DNA of 64,000 nucleotides. Origin: Camelus dromedarius. Lineage: Eukaryota. Every line of letters begins with the position of its first letter. Position 1 is the first letter of the stretch. Below the pieces are notes generated by a model. It had not been told where the DNA came from. It worked only from the letters and a program-made list of their open reading frames with translations, and searched no databases. Made by a program: the position numbers and the translations under genes. This document shows, in pieces, positions 1 through 11,887 of the stretch. The DNA lies in assembly GCF_036321535.1 (NCBI RefSeq), contig NC_087436.1, forward strand, positions 62,002,001 to 62,066,000, read 5' to 3'.

Positions 1-1137
1 TTTTCTCCTCATTAATACAACTTGAGGGCACCACTTTGTTCACCCCAAACAAGCCGAAACACAGTCATCAAATACACACAACATAAGGCATTATAAAACC
101 TTTGACTTTTCTTTGGTGATTTACTGGGTGAATTTTCAAACCTCTCAAAGGATTTTAACATTCCTGATTATATGTACTTCTATTTGTAATGTGTTGGTGC
201 TTTTTGCTTGAGATAGTAACTTGGGAAGAAATATCTGCTAAATTACCTTAGGTTTCCTTTTTGTTGGCATAAAATACAAAATGTTAAACATTTTCCTTCT
301 GAACACAATTTTACTTTTTTAAGTCCTTATTTTAAATGTAGGTGTTGACCACGTTTACTAATATTTTTATAATGAGATTATAATGTTGCTTAATCACGTC
401 TATAAATGTCATTTTTTTTTAAATCTGGAGACTATAGATTTTTAACTTAAATCTATATTCTATATTACTGGGTTGAACATCTCTTTTAAATTATCATAAT
501 TACTTTTCTCTTTAAGGACATTTCTTTTTTAATTGCCTTTGGTATTAGGATCCTCAGATATTCTACAATATCAGTATTTACTCCTCCCTTCTGTATTTGT
601 TATAGCATGCAATGAAAACTACACGCAGACTTCTAAAACTCCGTAATACAAGTTTAGTAGTTACTCCTTACAAAATTTTTACAAGGTAAGGAAAGCATCA
701 CTATTTTATAGGTAAAAAGAAACAATAAGATAAAGAGTCAATTTTAGAAATCCCAATGATCTGCTCAAACTTAGGACAATTGCAATGGACCATTTTGATT
801 CACTAGAGATCTAGGGTCCACATACCCAGTTATACAGATAGACTCATGTATCTGAAATGTATTTTCTTGGCATCATTTTTATCTAGTTAGTATGAATCTA
901 TTCAGTAAGTAGCTGGAAAAGAAAACACAAAAATTTAGTCATAGGATGAAAATGATAAAAGTAGGCTATTTTATTATTAGCTGTCTAAGGAGAAGAGCCA
1001 ACACAGGTTTTCAGGATGTTTATTAGGACAAATTCTTGATAAATAATTTTAACCAAATGAAAATATTTTAAAGGACAGGTAAACTGAGATACAGAAAGTA
1101 GACCAAATTATATGAAAGAATAGTTGTTCAACAATTT

Positions 1138-1645
1138 TCTTTTTATTTTGAGGTGAGTATAGATTCACAGTTAGTTGCAAAAAACAACAAACAAAAACCG
1201 AACCATGACAAAAAAGTACAGTGAGATTCTATGCATGCTTCACCCAGGTTTTCCCACTGCATCATCAATAATCATAGTACAGCATCAAAACCAGGAGATT
1301 CACATTGGTATACGTTCCACAAAATTCCTTTGTATGTGTGTGTTTGTATGTGTGATATGTAGTGCTATGCCTTTTTTATCACGTCTATAGATTCGTATGA
1401 CTACCACCACACTTAAGATACAGAACTGTTGCACCACCATAGGGTCCATCAGGCTAACCCTTCATAGCCATGCCCAAATTTTCTCTCACCTCTGTACCTA
1501 GCCTCTGGAAACCACCAATCTATTGTCTCTTTCTAAAATTTTGCTATTCAGAAATATTAAATAAATGAAATGATATAATATCTAGCCTTTTGAGATTGGC
1601 TCTTTAACACTCAGCAAAATGCCTTGAGATCCACCCAGGTTCTTG
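1138..1645 (-). mobile_element. Old L1 (L1MB/L1MC-like) 3' end
   Basis: Antisense L1 3'-end motifs: ttattttgag..tagattcacag..gttgcaaaaa; catcaaaaccaggagatt; gccttttgagattggctct..actcagc. Confidence 0.8.
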
Positions 1646-1649
1646 TATG

Positions 1650-2570
1650 AGCTTCGCATTCTTTCTCCTCTCTAGGATTCCGATGATATGAATGCTAGAT
1701 AGATAGTCCTGTATTGGTCTTCAGGTCCTTGGGGCTCTATTCTTAAGTCTATATTCTCTCTGTCTTTCAAATTATTCAGATTGGGTAATGTCTATTTATA
1801 TATCTTTGAGTTCACTGATTTTTTTCCTCTGTCATTTCATTCTGCTATTGAGCCCATCCATTGAGGTATTTCCAGCCCCACCCCCTCATCCCCACTTTGG
1901 TTACTATATTTTTCAGATCTGTGATTTCTTTTTGTTTCTTTTTATATCCTTAATTCTTTTGCCAAGATGTTCTGTTTTTTCACTTGTTTCTAGAGTGCTT
2001 GTAATTGCTCATTGATGAATTTTTTATGATCATGATTTTAAAATCCTTGTCAGGTAACTACAATGTCTCAGTAATCTCAATGTTGATGTCTGTTAATCGT
2101 ACCTTATTACAAGTTGTGATTATCCTGATTATTTGTAAAAGTGATTTTTTTTATTGCACGTGAATATTTGGGGTATTATATTGTGAGACTCTGGGGTGCA
2201 TATTATCTTTTTTAGCAGGCAGTTACCCTGTTTTGGGTACACTGGAGTTAGATGAGGGTGAAGATTTAGTTCCCTGTTGACACCAAGGTTGGGTAGAGGA
2301 GACCGGAGAGCTGAGTAGCCTTCCCTCACACAGTTTCATTCAGTCTTGTTGCTGCTGGATGGGAGTGAAGGCTCAGCTCCTCATTAGGTCCTGATGGTAC
2401 CAGGACAGGGTAAGTGAAGAGCTAACTAAACCACCTTCTACCACCTTGTTAAGTATTCCTGCTGCTGAGTGTGGTTGGTAGCTCAGATCTCTGCTGGACC
2501 TTCATGAATGTACCCTAGCAGTAGAATTAGAGCATTGCCTCTTTGTCCCAAGTAGGGAATGGAAGATCAA
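1650..2570 (-). mobile_element. Old L1 5'-region (ORF1/5'UTR) fragment
   Basis: Antisense L1M 5'-end-like motifs: tctttgagttcactgattttttcctctgtcatttcattctgctattgagcccatcca; ttaaaatccttgtc. Confidence 0.65.
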
Positions 2571-2575
2571 CTCCT

Positions 2576-2942
2576 ATGACAGGCATATTCTAAAATTGTC
2601 CCTCAACATTTTTCTCAATCCCCATGACCTTAGGTTTAGAGACATTTTGCCCATGACTATATCGTTACAGAGTAAAATGAATTTTGTAGATGTAATTAAG
2701 GTCTCTAATCAGTTGACACTGAGTTAATCAAAGTGGAAATTATCCTGGTGGGTCTAATCTGATTATACAAACCCTTTAAAAGCAGAGATACTTCTCTACC
2801 TAGTAGCAGAATGGGAGGTAAAAGGTATTCAAAGCAAAAAGATTCCACAGATCTTTCCTGGTTTTAAAGATGTAAGGGACCATGTGCAGGGAAAATAAAG
2901 CAGCCTTGAGGGGCTGAAAGCAACCCCTAACCATCAGCCACT
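2576..2942 (+). mobile_element. MaLR LTR fragment (MLT1E/F-like)
   Basis: ttttgtagatgtaattaaggtctctaatcagttgac..gagttaatcaaa..attatcctggtgggtctaatctgatt. Confidence 0.8.
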
Positions 2943-3761
2943 AATTATTAAAAGTAGGATTATGGTAGTTGATCATTTGACTAAGAGGCTTAAAGATTTT
3001 TCTGAGACATCCATTGTAAGCTACCAGATTATGTCCCTTGAGTGGTATCCCTAGGCCACTACCAAGCCATTTTTTTATACAGCACCTTGCATCATGTGAC
3101 TCTCAAGATGTTGATCTTAATTTAATTATGTAAGGATGGCCCATGTTATTGATTCATTACTAGAAGTTAGATTAGAGTAATCAAAAATTTCTGAGTTATC
3201 CTAATTCTTAGTGGAATTTAAAAAATAATAATCATAATTTGTTTTCTCTGAGTGCTGTGATAGCACAATGTGAATAAGAAAATCATAAATGAGGATAATC
3301 TGTGGAGATGAATCTGATTTCATGCTGGGTCTAAAGAATATGGCTTAGAATAATTTGTTTTGTTTATTCACTGAATATTTTTATATGAATTGTCATTTGA
3401 AAACTTTGTTATTGCATAGATTTTGTAGATATGATCCTTTGTCATTACAAAGACTGAATAATGGAGCAAAGGAACAAATGCAAAATAAAGGTTTAATGGA
3501 TTTTCCTATCTCTGTATCTTTGATGGTAAGGGCAGTGAGCAACAGTATTAAGAGCACAAAGGTCCAGAAAAGATGGGAGAACCTCCTGCTAAAGGATTCC
3601 TGGAAAAGTTTCACAGCAAAATTAATTCTGTGGAAATACAAGGAATGATCACAAGAACAGTTACGATTTCAAGACTACCTATCCAAAGTTTTAAAATCTA
3701 TTTCAGTACAAAAGTGAAATACAGACTTTAGTGGAAGAAGCAATAATTTCCTGAATGTTAA

Positions 3762-3848
3762 CACTGCATTAACATCACTAGACAGATCTTCCAGACAGAA
3801 AATAAACAAGGCAACAGAGAAATTAAATACTACAATAGAAAAACTAGT
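3762..3848 (+). mobile_element. 87-bp internal L1 ORF2 endonuclease-domain fragment between 15-bp direct repeats
   Basis: Encodes NTALTSLDRSSRQKINKATEKLNTTIEKL (compare L1 ORF2 GDFNTPLSTLDRSTRQKVNK). The repeat tttcctgaatgttaa is at 3747-3761 and 3849-3863. Confidence 0.85.
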
Positions 3849-4769
3849 TTTCCTGAATGTTAAGGGAAAACACTTAATAATAATACAAAACAAGAAGTAA
3901 AGTTTGCTTACAAACGCAGCTATACTGTTCTCAAATTCAGTATTGAACTCAATCAAGACTGAAAAGCTAAAGTGTCATTTACAAGCTATTCTCTCATGGT
4001 TCCTTTTAACTCAGATCACATTCGGAGCTTATCCTCTGTGATAGAAGGTAACATTTGCTGAATATACTGAGTGGCATTTCTAAAATGCCCTTCTTGAAAT
4101 CCCAAATCATATTTATAAAGAAAGGGTCAATCAAAAAACATTTTCAGCCCATTTACCGATACATACTATATAATCTTCATTACTTTCCCTGATTCCTAAT
4201 ATACAAGTTTGTTCTAAACTATCATGAAAAGGAGAAGAAAATAATAATTTTTACATAGCAAGAACACAAGATTTCAAGCTGGTTTTTACATTGGTGAATA
4301 TGTATTGTTGGCTAGATTTGCTATATACATTCCCTGAAATGAATTCAAGACTGTTTACACGTATCAGATGAAAAAGCATATGTAAGAATAAAGATCCTAT
4401 ATTTATGTTACTGAAGAGCTTCATTTTCTCCATAGATATATTACATATAAGAAGTAAACCCAAAAATAAGGCTGAAAAAAATGATGTTTTCTAAGCATCT
4501 ACAAAATTTAATATAAATCTGTCATTTCGTTTCCAACATTAGATATTTGCATGTTGTCACCAAAACTATTTATACACAAGTGAAGACTTTCAAAGTGCAG
4601 GGAGATTTAGGGTAAAGAAATGGAAGAGCATGTTGAATACAATGATCTACAACTATATACTTTCCAAGTAGGCTCAACTTTTACTTGAAATGGCTTAAAT
4701 TTTGCTATAAAGTAAAAAAGAATTGCATAATCACTGTATGTTTAAACTATCCTAAGATGCAGATTTTGT

Positions 4770-5470
4770 ATATAAAATACCTAAATTTAATATATGATAA
4801 ACCTTTCAAATTAGTGGAAATTAAATTAATTTCTTATTCAATGCAACAGTTATCTGGCTAGCCATTTGGAAAATAAAATGAAGCTGGATTTCTCTGTCCC
4901 TACATCAAAAATAATTCTGGCTGACTCAAAATTTTAAACAAAAATATAGATACTAAATTATGAGTGAATATTCATTGGGGAAAACTGGCACAAATTCCAA
5001 CAGAGACTTATGTTGAAATAAAATCATAACAAAACTTCCGGAAGATAAATTCAAAATCTAGTGCTATGAACAAAAGATATAATGTGCACATTATTTTCAT
5101 TATAAAAGAAACACTAATAAATCAATCAGGAAAAGGAACATCTCAAATAAATGAGAGCAAAAAAAAATGAACTGTATGACAAATGATTAACCTCACTAAT
5201 AAAGATGTTTAAAATAGACTTTAAAAAATACCTGTGTCTATCTACTTACCTACCTATCTATATTTATCTCTACCAATATATATGTTCACATCCCATCAAC
5301 AGTCATATGAAAGAGCTTTTTTTCTCCATGCCAATAACAATCTTAATTATCTAGCTTATATGAATAGGCAAAGATGGGCAAAGATAAAATTCTTGGTATG
5401 AAGAAAAAATTCTCTTTATATGCTATTGATGGAACATGAACTCAATTGCTGCACCATTTTGAATCATTTA
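4770..5470 (+). mobile_element. Degraded old L1 ORF2/3' fragments
   Basis: ttattcaat..ggctagccatttggaaaataaaatgaagctggattt..; attctctttatatgctattgatggaa. Confidence 0.55.
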
Positions 5471-5491
5471 TTAATAGACAGACATATTCTT

Positions 5492-5660
5492 TTTTTTAAT
5501 TAAAAAAAACTTTATGTTTTATTTATTATGGTATTATTTAATTATTTTATTTTGGTGGGGGGAGGTAACTAGGTTTATTTATTTGAGGTTCTGGGGATTG
5601 AACCCAGGACCTCATGCATGATAAGCAAGTGCTCTACCACTTGAACTATACCCACCCCCC
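5492..5660 (-). mobile_element. tRNA-derived SINE, camelid Vic-1-like
   Basis: Minus-strand head ggggggtgggtatagttcaagtggtagagcacttgc..ggtcctgggttcaatcccca has Pol III A and B boxes, followed by aaataaacctagttacctccccc and an A-rich tail. A 17-bp TSD tagacagaMatattctt lies at 5475-5491 and 5661-5677. Confidence 0.9.
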
Positions 5661-5761
5661 TAGACAGAAATATTCTTGAGAGTTCTTTGCCACACTCTCA
5701 TCCTTGAAAATTGATATCACAAACATATTTGCATGAATGGGACAATACAGGCATCTATATA

Positions 5762-5915
5762 CTGTTGACCCTTGAACAATACTGGGGTTAGGGGCACCAA
5801 CCTTCTACACCAACCAACTGTGGATCTGGTAGTACTATAGTACATACGAGTGAAAAAAAATCTGCATACAAGTGGACCCATGCATTTCAGACCTGTGTTG
5901 TTCAAGGGTCAACCA
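5762..5915. mobile_element. Tigger2/MER8-like MITE (TcMar-Tigger)
   Basis: Terminal inverted repeats gttgacccttgaacaa (5764) and ttgttcaagggtcaac (ending 5913); internal aaaaatctgcatacaagtggacccatgca. Confidence 0.85.
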
Positions 5916-7114
5916 TGGAAGGCTTTCAGTTTATTGCATCATTGTTTGTGCTCTAGAGGATTGGTTAATGAAATATGACCCGGTCATATGACTATTAGTG
6001 GCAACAACCACAAAAAACTTAAATGGATGTTTAGAATTTAGTGTGAAACAGCAAACAGAAAGTGGTAAAATAACTAGTGTAATACTAGTGTGTTTATTGA
6101 AATATACAATTACTAATATATGATTTATTATCATGCAAGTATGTAAGACATATTGACATAAATTAGTCATGTTTAGTCATTTATTTCATAAATCATTTGA
6201 TAATCTGCACTGTCAATCATGAGGTTCTTTCTCTTTTTATTATATCATTTTGCAAGCTTATGATTATTAATTATTTTCTAATAGTTGTACAGATGTTGAC
6301 ACACATATATCTACATGGTAAAAACAAGCAATAAAATGAACATCCTTCAACCCACAAACCAATTTAATTGGAACTTTGCCAATAGCACTTCATCATCTTC
6401 TGTTCTTCTCCAGACTACCATTCAAAGCCTCCTTTTATTTTAATTATTGTCCCGGAATTTGTGTGTATTATTCTCTTAATTTTCATTTTAATATTTTTTG
6501 AAGTGTAACATTCATATATGAAACAACAAACAAGTGAGCAGTTTGATGAATTTTCACACATATAAAATAAAGCAAAACAAATACAAAAACAAAAAAATAA
6601 CAATCCCCAGATGGACAAACAGAACTGTCTTAGCACCCAAGAAGCTCTTCATTCCCCCTTTAAGTAATAGTTTCTCTGAAAGATAACCACTATCCTGTCG
6701 TCTAACACATTATGTTACTTTTGCCTGTTTTTGAATTCTGTAAATAGAATCATTTCATATAATTTTGCTTTTTTTATTCAGTATTATTCTGTGACATTCA
6801 TTTATGTTGTTTAAAGAGGCAATGGTTCATATATTCTGGTTTGATAGTATTCCATAATGTGAATATACATCAATTTACTTATTACACTTTAGCTATTATG
6901 TATGTTAGTACTAACATATACATACACACGTATTTGGGGGCACTTTTTGGGTATATGACTGTAATAGAATTGCTGGGTCAAAACTGTAACTTGGTCCAGC
7001 TTTTTCAGATAATACTGAATAAGTATCTGAAGTGGCTACATCAATTTCCACTTCCACCATCATTATGAGAGTTCCAGATAATTTGCATACTCACCAACAC
7101 TTGATATTGCCATC

Positions 7115-7527
7115 ACTGCAATAGATTAGATTATTAATAAAAAATACTTCCTACCCTTCAGAGTAGAATGTAATTCCCTGGCATTAGATTCTAGTCCTGT
7201 TCATGTGAATTGCTTTGGTCAATGAAATGTTAGCTTCACAATGTAAGTAGAGTAATGAGAAATGCTTGCTTGGTTGGGCTTGCTTTCTTATGTTTCAGTA
7301 GTGTCCACAAGAGGTGTATGTCTAAATTAGCCATGTGATCCCAGGAGAAGTATGAAAGACACGTGGAGCAGAGCAAAGCTATCCATCTAATGGAACCTAC
7401 CCTAGACTAGCTGACCTTTAGCTGACCTGACACCTGGTAAGCTAAATAAATGCTCACTATTGAATACTGCTGACATTATGTACTTATTTCTTACATAGCT
7501 TTATTATGGCCATAGTTAACTAATATA
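7115..7527 (+). mobile_element. MaLR LTR (MLT1I/J-like)
   Basis: catgtgaattgctttggtcaatgaaatgttagc; aataaatgct..; ends ccatagttaactaata. Confidence 0.7.
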
Positions 7528-7721
7528 TCAACCATTCTTTTAGATGAGAAGTTGTGTCATATTGTGTGAATTTGTGTGTTGTTTGGTTTATATTTCCTTG
7601 AAAACTAATGAAGTTAAATACATTTTTAATGCTTATCAGCCATTTGGACATTCTGTTTTATAATATGCCCATTCAAGCCTTTTTCTAATTTTTCTAATGA
7701 GTAGTCTGTATCTTTGTTGTA

Positions 7722-7725
<4 letters not shown>

Positions 7726-7754
<29 letters not shown>
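7726..7754 (+). repeat. (TG)n microsatellite
   Basis: About 14 perfect TG units. Confidence 0.95.
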
Positions 7755-8307
7755 CTGCCTGTCTGTCTCTCTGTCTGTGTGGTATAGAAGATAGGTAGGT
7801 AGATAGATAAATAGATGTAATCATATTCTGGAAATGAATCATTTGTCATGTACTTATATTTTATATATTATCCCACTTACTGCTATTTTTAATGTAGTAA
7901 AAATAAACAGCTGCTAGTTATAATGTAGTCTGATTTCTTGATTTTTTTTCTTATTTACATTTTGTACATATTCTATCTTATTTTTAAAATATTTTATCCT
8001 CTAACTATAAAGATAGCATATATTATATTTAAAACTCTTATTGTTTATAGTATTTAAATTTAAATCAATGAGCAATCAGGAATTTTTTTTTTTAATGTAT
8101 GCTGAGTTAGGGCCACTAGTTTCCTTTATATTCCAAAAGGTTTTTTTGTATTGAATAGCCCAGGCCTTTTTCCATATCTGAAACCCACACTTTCATCACT
8201 GCAATCACTCTTATATAGTTTATACAGAGTTACAGATATGCCATGGCTGCATAAAGTCACTGCAGTGTCTTTTGCTTACAAATAAATCTTTGGATAAAAT
8301 ACAAAAA

Positions 8308-8856
8308 AGTTTCCTTGGAAAGAAAAAGAAGAGGCTCTGAGTTACCAAATCGTGGAGAAATAGAAAGGAATGGGCCACCTTTTTGCACTGCCTTGTAGCC
8401 ATGCACAGAACGTGGTCAGGGGCGTTACAATGGGCTCCCATTTCAAGATGAGATTGTGTGTACTCACTTCCCCATCAGCGTCATTATTCAGAAGAATGGA
8501 GCTCTTGTTGAAATGTGAAATTTCTTGGGTGAAAAATACATCTGCAAGGTTCAAATGAGGCCAAGCGTGGCTTGTTGAGTATCTCAAGTGCCAGAAAAAA
8601 TGAGTTAATTCCTGAAGGAAACAACATTGACCTTGTATCAAATTCAGCGGCTTTGATTTAGCAAGCCCCAACAGTTAAAAACACAGATAGCAGAAACATT
8701 TGGGATGGTATTTATGTTTCTGAAAATGGAACAGTTAGCATGCTGATGATTCAGACCTAAGTTGTCCAGCTACAAAAACAGTAAGATGCTGGATGATTCC
8801 TGTTTGTAATGTTTTAAAGGTACAATAAATGCCCTGTGTTGGGGGGAAAAGAAAAA
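8308..8856 (+). pseudogene. RPL9: 5'-truncated processed pseudogene of 60S ribosomal protein L9
   Basis: Translation from 8308 gives [98 protein letters not shown], collinear with RPL9 ([21 protein letters not shown]...[41 protein letters not shown]). It has no introns and several stops and frameshifts. An RPL9-like 3'UTR follows, with AATAAA at 8824-8829 and an A-rich tail at 8847-8856. Confidence 0.95.
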
Positions 8857-9450
8857 GCTGATAAGCCACTTACCCCTCTCTTTGAATGGACCAACTGCGT
8901 TTCCCATTTCTCTGACCTCACCTTGGAGGTCCAGGTCATTTTGTTCCAGACAGGGTAGAGTGGATTGCTGGCTGTCCTCTTCTTCTCCTACTGGCTTCTG
9001 TGGGCAGGATGGCATCCTTCTGGCCATGAGTTTATACATTCACCTGAGCAGTGTCCAAAGTGCTGAGGCAGGCTCCATCTTTGTCAGAGTTCTGACTGAG
9101 CTGGTGTTCAAAATGAAGCAGATGGATGCAATGGAGCTGGGAGGCCTGTGAGCCATCATGCTGTTTAACCCAGATGCCGAGGGTCTGTCCAACCCCCCAG
9201 AGGCTCTGGGAGAGAAAATTTATGCCATTCTTGAGGCTAACACCAAGCAGAAGTACCTGGAACAACCAGGCAGGTTTGCAAAACTGCTGCTGTGCCTCCC
9301 AGCCCTGCACTCCATCAGGCGTCATGCCTGGAGTACCTTTTCTTCAAGCTCTTCAGGGACACCCCCATTGACACCTTCCTCGTGGAGATGTAGATCCTGC
9401 TGCAGATCACCTGCACCCCACCAGTTTCAGCCTCCCTGACCTGAGGATTG
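8857..9450 (+). pseudogene. RXRG: Processed pseudogene fragment of retinoid X receptor gamma (ligand-binding domain plus start of 3'UTR)
   Basis: Reads [144 protein letters not shown]. The motifs FSDLTLE, QDGILLA, GSIF, KMK, TKQKY and terminal LQIT fit RXRG better than RXRA or RXRB. It is continuous across four positions where I recall RXR genes having introns (~8953, 9087, 9173, 9273). Stops lie at 8956, 9149 and 9391. Confidence 0.92.
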
Positions 9451-9459
9451 TTTCTGATC

Positions 9460-11740
9460 AAAGCAAACAAATATTATCAGATTGTAGAGGAAAGAAAAAC
9501 AGATTGGAGACATTGAGCACATAAGGGAAATGAAGATATTAAGGGAATGAAGAAAGGTATTCTGAGATGAATGAAAAGTAAGAGCATCTGTACTAGCAAA
9601 CCTACTCTATAAGAAATGTTAAAGAAATCTCTTCAGGTTGAAGGAAAATGATACCAGAGGGAATCTTGGCTCTTTAAGAATGAAGAGAGAGTAGAAATGA
9701 TAAATATTTAATTAAACATAATAGACTATTTTTATTTTTATTTAAAATATAAACACATGATGACAGCAAAAAGTATAACAATGTACAATGGGACTTTCAA
9801 TATACGTAGATGTAAAAGATTTAACAACCGTAAGATAAGGCTTAGTGGGGGTATAAAGAGACCTATATGGTTGCAAACATTCTGTATTTTATTGAAGTAG
9901 TGCAACCTTATTTTGAGATGACTGTGAATACTTGAATATGTGTATTTTAATTCCTATAGTGGTAAAAAAAATTATGTAAAGATATATAGCCAAAAATCCA
10001 ATATATACCTTAAATATAAAGATCAAATAAAATCCAAAAGAAGAGATAAAAGGTAAAACAGAGCAGCAAAAATCAGAGGGGATAAACAAAAAACAAGCAA
10101 TAAATGAGGCTGTATCAACCATATGAGACTATATCCAGCCATATCAATAATTAAATGTTAATTGCCTAAGCACCAAGAACCAGAGATTGATTAAAATGTA
10201 AAACTGCACTTACATGTAGCCTATAAGAAAAATATTTTAAATATAAAGTCATAGGTAGATTGAAAGTGAAGTAATAGAATGAGGTTTACTATACAAACAG
10301 TAAGCTTAGTAAAATTGGAGTGGCTATCTTAATATCATATAAAATGGACTTCAAGAAGTAAAGTAGGACATTTTATAATGAAAAAAGGACTAAGTCATCA
10401 GTAGGACATATTTCTAAATGTATATGCATCTCAAAATAATAAAATAGCCTCAAAATACACAAAATAAAAATGAATGAATTGTAAAAAGAAATAGACAATT
10501 CAACAAACATAGAAGAAGATATTAACATCCCTCTATCAACAACTGATAGAATAATAAGACACTAATAACAGCACTATTTACCACTGGAAATATTGTTTAT
10601 TACATTATTATAGTCAACATAATGTGTACTCAATACACATTCTTTTCCATGGGGAAAAAAATGTTTTTAAGGTTCACTATATGCTAGACTATAAAACAAA
10701 ACTCAATAAATTTAAAAAATAAAATGTATACAGATTTTATTCTCTGGCCAAAATAGGAGTAAATTAAAGCAGGATATGTAGATCTCTGCCACAAATATCT
10801 GGAAATCACCCCCCCCCAATCTGAAAAATGCAGCTGTGTAAATCCATGGGTCAAACAGAACCCTCCTGGATTATAGGTGAAATCAGAAAGGAAATTAGAA
10901 AATAGTTTTTTTTTTTTAACTGAATGACAGTTGAAATCCAGTCAATATTTACTTGAATCAGTTAAAGAAACACTTGGTGGGAAACTCAGAGCTTTAAATG
11001 TATATGTTAGGAAAGAAAAATTACCTAGAATAAATTATCTATGATTCCAAATTCAGGTATTAGAAAAAGTAAAACAAAGTAAACCCAAAGTAAGTGGAAG
11101 TAAAGAAATAATAAAAGAAGAGCATATATCAATGCAATGAAAACAGGCAACAGAAAGAATTAGAAAAGCTAAAAGATGTGTTTTGATAAGATCAGTGTAA
11201 TTGACAAGTTCCTAAATAGACTAAGAGAAAAAGAGGCAACACAAATCACCTATATTAAGAAGGCTATTGTTATAGATGCTGTAGAAATTGAAAGGCAATG
11301 ATTGAATACTATGAACAACTTTATGCCCACAAGTTTGACAACTTAGATGAATGGACATACTTCTTGAAAAATACAACTTAACAAAATTGACACTAACCTC
11401 CACACAGAATCTGAATAGTTCTATATCCATTGAAGAAATTGAATTTGCTGTCAGAATATCTCCAAAAAAATGTCAAGGTCCAGATGGTTTTGCTAGAGAA
11501 TTTTACTAAATATATGAAGAATAAATAACACACATTTACCACAAATCTTTTCAGAAAATAAAGGAGGAGAGATGATTGACCAGTTCTTTTTAGGATGCCA
11601 TTGTGACCTTGATATTAAAATCTGACAAAGAAATTGGAAAAAAGAAAGAAGGAAAAAAAGAGAAAATTACAGAAACGGACTACTGATATATGCAATAGCA
11701 AGGATCAATCTTCAAATCATTCATACCTAGTTTGATTCCA
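9460..11740 (+). mobile_element. Old L1 (L1MC/MD-like): ORF1 end, inter-ORF region and degraded ORF2 5' half
   Basis: aagaaatgttaaagaaatctcttcaggttgaaggaaaatgataccaga; ggagtggctatcttaatatca; gaatactatgaacaactttatgcccacaagtttgacaacttagatgaatggac; ggtccagatggttttgct. Confidence 0.85.
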
Positions 11741-11887
11741 TTTACAGAAAATTCTGAACAAATTGTAAAATTTTATATGCGCTAATTGCTGTACTTAATA
11801 TACTTTAATGAAATTGTAACAAATACCATGAGAGGAAAGTACCTAGCAGAGCATGTAACAAGTGTTAAATTTTCAGTAAATTATCAT

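Larger units (their letters stand above)
6250..8220 (-). mobile_element. Old L1 (L1ME/MC-like) 3' region, interrupted by an MLT1 LTR
   Basis: agataaccactatcctg; gaattgctgggtca; atgagagttccag..tcaccaacacttgatattg; gccatttggacattctgtt. Confidence 0.7.

Noticed and set aside
5585..5660. tRNA gene on the minus strand
   Set aside because: The tRNA-like head is followed by a SINE body and A-rich tail and is bounded by a 17-bp TSD, so it is a SINE.
8857..9450. Functional RXR gene or exon
   Set aside because: It is intronless across several junction positions, has three stops plus frameshifts and deletions, and lacks the DNA-binding domain.
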